Below, piece after piece: positions 8,156 through 15,497 of a DNA stretch of 32,000 nt. The stretch is from Candidatus Binatia bacterium (GTDB taxonomy: Bacteria; Desulfobacterota; Binatia; DP-6), in NCBI GenBank assembly GCA_036009625.1, contig DASYLJ010000177.1:11501-43500 (forward strand), read 5' to 3'. The notes under the pieces are model-generated. The model was not told the origin of the DNA and made no database searches. It was given only the letters and a program-made list of their open reading frames with translations. Numbering within the stretch: the stretch's first letter is position 1; each line of letters begins with the position of its first letter. The position numbers and the translations under genes are program-made.

Positions 8156-11100
8156 TCACCGTCGCGGGGCCAGCTCGCAGATACCCTCCCATGGCACGGA
8201 CGGGGGATCGTCGCGCAGCTGGCGGCATCGGTCACAGTAGAGCCGTACGGCAGGATCGTCGGGATAGTCCCGCGCCAGGCGCTCGAATCGCGCAAGGGCC
8301 TCGGCGAAATCACCCGCCAGGTACTCGGCTCGCGCACGCACGAAGTGATCCTCGAGACGGCGTAGTCGTCCGTCGAGATCGTCGCTGACCGTCCCCAGCA
8401 GCTCGTGGACGACCAGCGGCGCTTCGCGGTCGGTGATGCGCACGCGATCCAGCTCCCGAAAGACGAATTCGGAGCCGGCGCTGCGTCGGGTCGCGTCGCT
8501 GACGAGGATCGGAGATCCATGACAACGCAGACGCTGCAGCGTCGCGGCCATGTCGGCAGCGTCGCCGCGGGCCGTGAAATGAACGTCGAGCCCGTCGCCG
8601 AAGTTGCCGACCAGGGCGTGTCCCGATGCGATGGTGACGGGAAGCAGCGGCGCGCTCGCAGGGGCATCGTGGAGGAGGGCGAGTGCACCGCGGCAGGCGG
8701 CCGCGGCGTGGTCCGGACCCACCATGCGGTCGTCCCAGAACGCGGTCAGGCCCAGGCGAGTTCGGAGGTCCACGATGCCGCGGGCCGCGACCAGTGGGCG
8801 CTCCAGGGCATGGCGCGCCTCGTCGTCGAGGACGTCCACGGGGCCGGTCATCAGCACGGATGCGTCGGCATGCACGGGCGCCTTCGTGACGTCGGGAAGG
8901 ATCGTGTTGAACAGCTCGCTCGAGGCATCGATGCCGGTGTCGTCGCGCGCGAGACCGACTGCGGTGGCATCGGCGATGCGCGCCAGATGCGCCAGCTCCT
9001 GCGGGTCGTAGACCTCGCCGGAGCGGCGAACGCCGAGAACGATGAAACCGAGGAAGAGTGGTCCCTGGCGTAGCCCGAGGACGATCTCGCCGTGCAGCCG
9101 GGTGAGGACGTGCCGCTGCGACGGCGGAATGCGCATGGCCGCCAGGGTGCTCCAGCGGACCTGAAGGTCGGCGACGCCTGGAGCATGGTAGAGCACCGAC
9201 AGGATCGGATCGTCGAGCGACAGGGTGGATGGCGGGGCCCGGCGCCCCGGACGCCCCTGGGTGAACGCGGTCCGGAAGGTGGTGCCCTCGCGCACGTAGC
9301 CCGTGCATTCGGAGACTCCGATCAGCGTCATCAGACGCTCGCACGAGAGCCGCAGCACGTCGCGTGCGTCCCGACGCGTGGCGAGATCCGCGAGGAGCTC
9401 GTCGGTGGCCGTCGCGAGTCGCCGGCGTTCCGACCGGAAGAGGCGGTCGACCACGGGCACGATCACCCACGCACGCAGGACGAGGGCTCCGACCAGGAGG
9501 GCGACGGTCATGATGGTCGCGACCAGCCGTCGCAACGCCTCGCTGGCCTCGCCGGGGACGAGCTGCTCCACGGCAGCGCGGGTCACGTCCGGATAGACGA
9601 GCAGGCCGCCGCAGGCCACGACGAACAGCGTCGAGTACAGCATGGTGGTGCCGGCGAGGAGCCGATCGATGTCGAGCAGGTTTGCTCGCGTTACCGCGAC
9701 CAGAATCGACAGCGGAATGAGCGCCTCGCAGAGCATCAGGACGTCGTGGAGCCAGTACCATGCGGACCCTCCGATGCCGGCGACGGCGTTGGCGAGGGCG
9801 ACCGGGAGCAACGCGGCATAGAAGCCGAAGTAGATCCACTTGATCTGCAGGCGTCCGCGGGGATCGGCGTTCCGGTAGTTGCGCGTGATGAGCGCTAGGA
9901 TCGCGACCACGAACACGAGATTGACGACGTACATCCCGACGATGCCGAGCCACGTCGGAAGGGGGCCGCCGAGGACGTAGGTCAACACGAGCGGACCGAA
10001 CACGGCGAAGAGCCACGGCCAGTATTTCGGCGGGGGCGGCGCCGAGGATTCCGGCACCATGGCGATGGGGCGGACCAGAAGCGGAAAGACCAGTGTGGAG
10101 CTGACCGCGAAGACCGTGAGCCACATCCAGCTCATCGCCGGCGTCCCGCCGAAGAACCACAGCCAGTGCAGGGCCAGGAGCAATGCGCCGACGTAGACGG
10201 CCCGAGCGAATGCGGAGTGCGGTCGGCGCAGGAAGACGAACAGGCCGGTGAACACGTAGACGCCGGTCATGACGGGAAGGCGCCATGCGGATGCAACCGG
10301 GACGAAGGGAAGCTCGGTCACGAGTCGCGTGCCGCCGCGATCGATCAGGGCCGGCACGACGCCGGTGGGGGATCGCCAACGCTCGTCCTGTGCCGCGACG
10401 AAGACGTCGATACGACCGGCGCCGGCGAGGTCGGTGGTTCCGACCGACAGCAGGCGGTCGCCCGGCCTCGGCATGGTGTCGCTCGTCGCGGCCGTTCCCG
10501 GCCAGTACGCCTGGACGGTCGGATGGTCGGAAGAATCCGTTGCTGGTGTGACGTACACCCCGACCCATGCCAGGCCATGGTGGAGCATCTGTGCGCTCCA
10601 TGCGCCGACGGCGACGAGCCAGAGCAGGGCCAACGCGAGCATGGCGACCTCGCGCAGACCGAGGTCCCCGGCGCGATCGCGTGCGCCTGCGGTCCAACGA
10701 CGCCACGACGCGTCCTGGGCGGCGATCGGTGGTCGCGCGGGGGGCCATGGTCGATCGGAACGATGCGGATGGTCGCCCGGTGGGGTGGAGGCGGGCCGCT
10801 CGAGCGCGCGATCGAGGAGACGAATGCGGTCGGTGTCGACGGGACGCCGCGGAATGCCCAGCGCCTGCACGCCGGCGCGGATGGCCGGGAGCGTTTGCTC
10901 CAGAGACGCATGGGTCAGCCGGGTCGAGGTCGCGGCCCCCACCATGAATGCCACGTTGGGTGCCCGGCGCTTCAGATCGTCGTGGGTGATGTCGAGCAAC
11001 AGCGGAACGAGCGGCTTGCCGCCTTCCACGGCTGCGAGGAGCTCGCGATCGACCTGCGGCGAATGCAACGACCGTGGAGACAGGATCACCAGCAGGGCCG

Positions 11101-11263
11101 TGGACGCGGCGACCGCCCGTCGAACGCGTTCGACGTAGGAGGGCCCGGTCTCCGTGTCGACCTCGTAGATCCAGGTCGCATGACCGGCCACCTCGAGGTC
11201 GCGCGCGATGATGAGAGCGACGTCGGCATCTTCGGCCACGTGGCTTATGAAGATCGTGCTCAT
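8156..11263 (-). CDS. 1035-aa multidomain membrane protein: N-terminal TIR, PDZ-like loop, about 10 TM segments, GAF-like domain, catalytically degenerate class III cyclase-homology domain, TPR-like tail
   Basis: Domain coordinates are approximate.
- TIR (aa 1-135, nt 10859-11263): IFISHVAEDADVALIIARDLEVAGHATWIY...LLVILSPRSLHSPQVDRELLAA, with the conserved Glu at E74 (codon 11042-11044).
- PDZ-like (aa 235-320): ...PGDRLLSVGTTDL...
- Hydrophobic segments: aa 205-225 and nine more between aa 328 and 605.
- GAF-like (aa 620-775): ends ...GEIVLGLRQGPLFLGFIVLGVRRSGEVYDPQELAHLARIADATAVGL.
- Cyclase-like (aa 795-950, nt 8414-8881): ASVLMTGPVD replaces the xxVLFxDIVGFT metal-binding motif, and ARGDAADMAATLQ replaces GxxVNxAxRxE. 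The metal Asp and the Asn/Arg are therefore lost.
- C-terminal tail: YLAGDFAEALARFERLARDYPDDPAVRLYCDRC is typical of sequence downstream of bacterial cyclase domains. Confidence 0.85.
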   Translation of the reverse strand: MSTIFISHVAEDADVALIIARDLEVAGHATWIYEVDTETGPSYVERVRRAVAASTALLVILSPRSLHSPQVDRELLAAVEGGKPLVPLLLDITHDDLKRRAPNVAFMVGAATSTRLTHASLEQTLPAIRAGVQALGIPRRPVDTDRIRLLDRALERPASTPPGDHPHRSDRPWPPARPPIAAQDASWRRWTAGARDRAGDLGLREVAMLALALLWLVAVGAWSAQMLHHGLAWVGVYVTPATDSSDHPTVQAYWPGTAATSDTMPRPGDRLLSVGTTDLAGAGRIDVFVAAQDERWRSPTGVVPALIDRGGTRLVTELPFVPVASAWRLPVMTGVYVFTGLFVFLRRPHSAFARAVYVGALLLALHWLWFFGGTPAMSWMWLTVFAVSSTLVFPLLVRPIAMVPESSAPPPPKYWPWLFAVFGPLVLTYVLGGPLPTWLGIVGMYVVNLVFVVAILALITRNYRNADPRGRLQIKWIYFGFYAALLPVALANAVAGIGGSAWYWLHDVLMLCEALIPLSILVAVTRANLLDIDRLLAGTTMLYSTLFVVACGGLLVYPDVTRAAVEQLVPGEASEALRRLVATIMTVALLVGALVLRAWVIVPVVDRLFRSERRRLATATDELLADLATRRDARDVLRLSCERLMTLIGVSECTGYVREGTTFRTAFTQGRPGRRAPPSTLSLDDPILSVLYHAPGVADLQVRWSTLAAMRIPPSQRHVLTRLHGEIVLGLRQGPLFLGFIVLGVRRSGEVYDPQELAHLARIADATAVGLARDDTGIDASSELFNTILPDVTKAPVHADASVLMTGPVDVLDDEARHALERPLVAARGIVDLRTRLGLTAFWDDRMVGPDHAAAACRGALALLHDAPASAPLLPVTIASGHALVGNFGDGLDVHFTARGDAADMAATLQRLRCHGSPILVSDATRRSAGSEFVFRELDRVRITDREAPLVVHELLGTVSDDLDGRLRRLEDHFVRARAEYLAGDFAEALARFERLARDYPDDPAVRLYCDRCRQLRDDPPSVPWEGICELAPRR

Positions 11264-11297
11264 GGCGTCGCGCGGCGACGGCTACCACGACGGGTCG

Positions 11298-12755
11298 TCA
11301 CCTCGCCAGGCGCGTCATGCGGATCGTGAGGAGCACGGCGAGCGCGAGTGCTATGGCGAGCGGGGTGTCGCCGGTGCGTTGATAGACGGTGGTTCCGTCG
11401 AGGGGGACGATCATGGCGTTCAGGACGTCGGGTCGACCGAAGCTGCTCGTGCGAGACAGTCGCCCCTGCGGGTCGATGACGGCCGAATACCCCGTGGTGG
11501 CCGCGCGGAGCAGCCATCGCCGCGACTCGATGGCGCGAAACGACGCGATCTCGAGATGGTGGCGTGCCGCCGCCTCGCTTCCGAACCACGAGTCGTTGGA
11601 GAGGTTCAGGAGCAGCTGTGCGCCCCCGGCAACGGTTTCGCGGACCAGCTCGGGATACATGGCCTCGAAGCACAGGAAGATGCCGAGTCGCCCGGCCCTG
11701 GACGTCAGCACGCCTGACTCCACACCGCCGGTATAGTGCGTCGTGCCCGTGGTTTCGGCGAAGGGCACGAGCCGACGCTTGTCGTATCGTCCAGCGAGGT
11801 CACCGTCGCGGACCAGAAAGACCGAGTTGTGATAGACGGTGCCGGCGGTGTCGGTGAATGCGTAATGCGGTGCGCCGAGAACGAGATCGCTTCCGAATCG
11901 GCGCGATCCATCGAGGAGCTCTTCGCGCTCGCGCGAAGCCTCCTGCGGGTAGAAGCTGACGGCATACTCGGGCCAGACGATGAGTGCCGGCGGCGCCGTG
12001 CTGGTGCTCGAGAGCGCCAGATGCTCCGCGAGGCCGACGCGCTGATACTCCGGGAGCCAGTGCAGTCCGCGACCGACGCCGGCCTGCACGACCATCACCG
12101 GCACGTCGGGCGTGGGCGCCGGCCGCGTCAGCTGCCAGCGTCCGTACACGATCGTCGCGACGACGGCGCATCCCACCGCGGCTGTCGACCAGCGCTGGCG
12201 GCGTCCGCGGAGATCCGGAACGAACCTCGATGCCACCAGCGCGTTGACGGCTGCCACCAGCATGCCGCCGGCGTACGGACCGGCGAGATCGGCGGTCTGC
12301 GTCAGGGTGGGCCAGTGTACCAGCGCGTACCCCGAGAGGACCCAGGGGTCGCCGCCGAAGGCGCGGGCACGGACCAGCTCGTATCCTGCCCACGCGAGGG
12401 CCACGCGTCCGGGGGAGGCCACGCCGGCGCGCGCCATCCAACCGACCGCGGCGCCGAAGGCCGCGCAATAGATGCCGGCGTGGGCCATGCCGATGACGGG
12501 TAGGCTGAGCCACCCGATCCACGCGGGTTGCTCGAAGTAGACAGAGATCATGCCTGGGAACCACGTGCCCGTCTCCACGCCGATCGCGGTTCCCCAGAGG
12601 AGGCCGAGCAGGGCGCCCCGCAGGGGGCCGTGGCGGGTGAGAGCGACCAGGAAGGGGATCAACGCGACCCAGATCAGCGGCGTGAACGACCATGGCGGAA
12701 AGCAGGCCGCGTACAACGTGGCGGAGGTCAGGACGAGGAGGGCGGAGACCAGCAC
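11298..12755 (-). CDS. lnt: Apolipoprotein N-acyltransferase
   Basis: Polytopic N-terminal half plus a CN-hydrolase domain with the Glu-Lys-Cys triad contexts IVWPEYAV, YDKRRLVPFAE and LGIFLCFEAMYPE. The Lnt-typical LLLNLSNDSWFG is also present. GTG start at 12755. Confidence 0.9.
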   Translation of the reverse strand: MLVSALLVLTSATLYAACFPPWSFTPLIWVALIPFLVALTRHGPLRGALLGLLWGTAIGVETGTWFPGMISVYFEQPAWIGWLSLPVIGMAHAGIYCAAFGAAVGWMARAGVASPGRVALAWAGYELVRARAFGGDPWVLSGYALVHWPTLTQTADLAGPYAGGMLVAAVNALVASRFVPDLRGRRQRWSTAAVGCAVVATIVYGRWQLTRPAPTPDVPVMVVQAGVGRGLHWLPEYQRVGLAEHLALSSTSTAPPALIVWPEYAVSFYPQEASREREELLDGSRRFGSDLVLGAPHYAFTDTAGTVYHNSVFLVRDGDLAGRYDKRRLVPFAETTGTTHYTGGVESGVLTSRAGRLGIFLCFEAMYPELVRETVAGGAQLLLNLSNDSWFGSEAAARHHLEIASFRAIESRRWLLRAATTGYSAVIDPQGRLSRTSSFGRPDVLNAMIVPLDGTTVYQRTGDTPLAIALALAVLLTIRMTRLAR

Positions 12756-12833
12756 GATGGGCTCCGAGCCAGCTAGTGGGCGATGCGGGTGCCGTCAAAC
12801 GGTTTTGGGATGCGCGGAAACCGACGACCGGCG

Positions 12834-15428
12834 CTACACGATCTTGCGCACCCGGAATCCTGCCCGCTCGACGAGCAATGGAAGGTCCCGGATGGTGTTG
12901 CGATCCCTGACCTTGTCGGGCTCGGTGAGCAGGTCCCAGGGTATCAGGAGCGGGTGATGCTTGCGGGCGTCGTCGCGCTTGGGGGCGAAGGTCCAGCCGC
13001 TTCTTCGACGTTCAGCCATCCAGCGATCGTGCTCGCGCATCGCGAGCATCTCGATGTCGGCGTCGGTGATGATGATCTCCGACGGGCGCATGCCGTGGCT
13101 AGGAGCGAGCTCATACCCGAGGAGACGGAGCTTGTCTGGAATGTCCGCCACGTTGGCGCGGTTCGCATGCCGGAGATCCTCGGTCAGATCCTCCCAGGGG
13201 CGCATCGACCTGTTGGTGAGCGGAGTATCGCCGCGCATCCGGGATTCCGCGCAGTAGCTGTCGTGCTGCGCTCTCGCCAGGTCCTCGAGTGCGAGCACGC
13301 GTTGCGGGACGACGCGGTAGATGCGGTAGCGGCCCGGATAGCCCTTCGCGAGCGGAATCGTGCCCCCGTACTCGCACACGAATCCCTCGTCGCCCGCCGT
13401 GTCGTGACCGATGCCGGCCGACTGCCGCCGGCGCTCGATCTCGGCGCCGAGCTCCGCGAGCGCGGCGAACTCCTCACTCGCGAAGACCTCGCCAGGTCTG
13501 GTCACCGGTTCGATGCGCGCCGCCCGGTTCACGTGCGACCCGGTGAACCCGAGCCGTCGAACGACCGGGTCGTAGTGCATGACGACCGGACCGGCGTGGA
13601 GCCCGGTGCGGATGTTCAAGGGATGCTTCTCCCCATCGAGCTCCCAGTAGAGGCCCAGCGCGAGCCACTCGTCCCGACCTTCCTGCACCAGCTGGGCGAG
13701 CTCCAACGCGAACAGACCAGCGTCACGCGCGAAATCGAACACCGCGTAGATCGCGTCACCCCAGGTGTTGACGCTGCACGGCGCGTGCTTGCTCGTCGCG
13801 ATCAGCTGGGCGACGCGCCCGAGGAAGGCGCCGACGAACTCGGGGACCACCTTTTCGGTGAGCTTGCTGTAGCCGACGATGTCGGCGAACAGCATGCTCT
13901 TCACTTCCTGGTGCATGCTCGATCGCTCGCACCTACGGACCCACGGTTCGTGGGTGCCGACGCTGTCGTGGTCCACCGGCACGGCCGGTGGCTGGACGAT
14001 GATCGGCTGCTCCTGCAGCTGCCCGTGCCAGAACCAGTAGGTGGAATCCGTTCCGCCCGCGCCGCGGCCGGGGAACCCGTTCCAGAAGACCATGGGCTGG
14101 ATGTCGAGCCGTGATGCCCGCGCCGTGTAGAGGGCGATGCCCGCACTGACCTCCACCATGTATTCCCAGCCCACGTCGCTGCTGGGCTCGTAGACCTGAC
14201 CGATTTCGCGGATGGTGGCCGCGCCATCGATCGCGCGCTCGAACAGGGGCTGCCAGACCGGCGGGCCGGGCAGATCGAACGGCTCGATGCTGGTGCGACG
14301 GAACTCCTCCTTCGACCATGGGAGGACGAGGTGGACCGTCCCCCCACGTGCCAGCAGGGCCTCGGCGAACAGGAGATCGGCACCAGCGCACGCGCTCACG
14401 AGACCGACTCTCGCTTGCAGGGTGTCGAGCTGCTTGCGGAGCGACTCACGCGCGCCCTCGATTGATTCCGGTGGAAACCGCACGCGCTCGCCCGGACGAT
14501 CGGGAAGATGGCCGGCGAAGACGATGAGCTGCAGCGGCGGGAATGCGGACTTGAACAGATCGCGCGGCTGGCCGAGCGCCTCGGCCAGGAATTGCGCCCA
14601 GTAGCGCCGCTCGGCGAGCTGCGCCGTGGTGACGTTCTCGATGGTCTGCAGCAGCTCGTAGTGCCTCGTGGCCGCCTGCACGTCGCCGAGCACGGTGAGC
14701 GCGGTGGCGCGCGCCCATGTCGTGTCCAGACTCGGGCCCTCGTCGTCCTCGCGCGCATTCACGCGGGTGACGACGTCCCGCGCCTTGCTCCGCGCCTCGT
14801 CGCGGAGGGCAGATCCTTCCTCGCCGAGGACGAACGCGGCGGCGGCGGTGAGGACGAGGGCGTCGAGCTGCGTTGGGTCGAGTGCCAACGCACGCTGGTA
14901 GAACCCCAGCGCCTGCTCCGCCGTTCGGACGTAGGTGGCCTTCGCCGCCACGTGCTGCGATTCTTCACGGAGGATGTCGCCCAGCTGCAGGAGGATCGCG
15001 AACTGCATGCGCCGGCCCAAGACCGGTCGGGAGCGGGGATCCAGACACGGCTCGATCACGCTCCGTGCGTCTCGCGTCAGGCCGAGTCGCGTGAGGGCGG
15101 ACGCGTAGTCCATCCGGACTCGGACGAGCTCGGTGGGATCGTTCTGATCGGCCGGGTCGAGGCGGAGAATCTCGCGCGCAGCATCCCATACGAGGAGGAA
15201 CTCCTCCTGCGCGAGCGCATGGCGCGTGAACAGCCGCGCGAGCGCGATGTCCTGCTGCAACCAGGCAATCTGCGGCGCGGGTCGTCCCACCCCGTCGGCC
15301 TTCTTGCGCTGATCCGGGTCCGGTACCGGTTGCCGCTGCGCCCAGATCGCGTGCAGATCGCGTACCGAGACTCTGTCCGACCGGAGAAGGCTCTCGACGT
15401 CGCCGACGTGCTCGAAGCTCATGACCAT
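12834..15428 (-). CDS. 864-aa multidomain protein: TPR-like N-terminus, SLOG/DprA-LOG-like Rossmann domain, intact class III nucleotide cyclase domain with non-canonical specificity residues, two C-terminal RyR repeats
   Basis: Domain coordinates are approximate.
- TPR-like helical repeats: aa 55-295.
- SLOG-like (aa 298-470, nt 14019-14537): LIVFAGH...VGLVSACAGADLLFAEALLARGGTVHLVLPW (DprA-like Gly-rich motif) and GFPGRGAGGTDSTYW (LOG-like GGxGT motif).
- Cyclase (aa 505-705, nt 13314-13916): MLFADIVGYS (metal Asp D516, codon 13881-13883), NTWGDAIYAVF (D558), IRTGLHAGPVV, GSHVNRAARIE (N634, R638). Asn554 (codon 13767-13769) sits where adenylyl cyclases have Lys, and Gly627 where they have Asp.
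- RyR repeats (aa 712-860): LARAQHDSYCAE...RPWEDLTEDLRHANRANVADIPDKLRLLGYEL and LAMREHDRWMAERRRSGWTF...HHPLLIPWDLLTEPDKVRDRNTIRDLPLLVERAGFRV. Confidence 0.85.
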   Translation of the reverse strand: MVMSFEHVGDVESLLRSDRVSVRDLHAIWAQRQPVPDPDQRKKADGVGRPAPQIAWLQQDIALARLFTRHALAQEEFLLVWDAAREILRLDPADQNDPTELVRVRMDYASALTRLGLTRDARSVIEPCLDPRSRPVLGRRMQFAILLQLGDILREESQHVAAKATYVRTAEQALGFYQRALALDPTQLDALVLTAAAAFVLGEEGSALRDEARSKARDVVTRVNAREDDEGPSLDTTWARATALTVLGDVQAATRHYELLQTIENVTTAQLAERRYWAQFLAEALGQPRDLFKSAFPPLQLIVFAGHLPDRPGERVRFPPESIEGARESLRKQLDTLQARVGLVSACAGADLLFAEALLARGGTVHLVLPWSKEEFRRTSIEPFDLPGPPVWQPLFERAIDGAATIREIGQVYEPSSDVGWEYMVEVSAGIALYTARASRLDIQPMVFWNGFPGRGAGGTDSTYWFWHGQLQEQPIIVQPPAVPVDHDSVGTHEPWVRRCERSSMHQEVKSMLFADIVGYSKLTEKVVPEFVGAFLGRVAQLIATSKHAPCSVNTWGDAIYAVFDFARDAGLFALELAQLVQEGRDEWLALGLYWELDGEKHPLNIRTGLHAGPVVMHYDPVVRRLGFTGSHVNRAARIEPVTRPGEVFASEEFAALAELGAEIERRRQSAGIGHDTAGDEGFVCEYGGTIPLAKGYPGRYRIYRVVPQRVLALEDLARAQHDSYCAESRMRGDTPLTNRSMRPWEDLTEDLRHANRANVADIPDKLRLLGYELAPSHGMRPSEIIITDADIEMLAMREHDRWMAERRRSGWTFAPKRDDARKHHPLLIPWDLLTEPDKVRDRNTIRDLPLLVERAGFRVRKIV

Positions 15429-15497
15429 CTCGAGGGATAGAATTCTGCCAGAGCCCGTGGAGAAGAGCCAGCCCGAAGATCACTGGCGTGGACCTCC

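Noticed and set aside
6244-8388. 714-aa plus-strand ORF spanning the crotonase start, the cysteine-rich gene and the end of the TIR gene
   Set aside because: It is antisense to three well-supported minus-strand genes and crosses two intergenic regions. Its composition is low-complexity Arg/Ala/Gly/Asp with no domain motifs.
8310-11288. 992-aa minus-strand ORF overlapping the TIR-membrane gene in another frame
   Set aside because: The translation is extremely Arg/Pro/Gly/Ala-rich with no recognisable motif. This is the typical off-frame product of a high-GC gene. The 8156-11263 frame carries clear TIR, TM, GAF-like and cyclase-like motifs.
14040-14080. GFPGRGAGGTD in the cyclase protein as a possible Walker A / P-loop NTPase motif
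   Set aside because: It lacks the invariant Lys-Ser/Thr (GxxxxGK[ST]). In context it fits the GGxGT motif of LOG/SLOG-type Rossmann domains better. I found no P-loop/STAND NTPase anywhere in the cluster.
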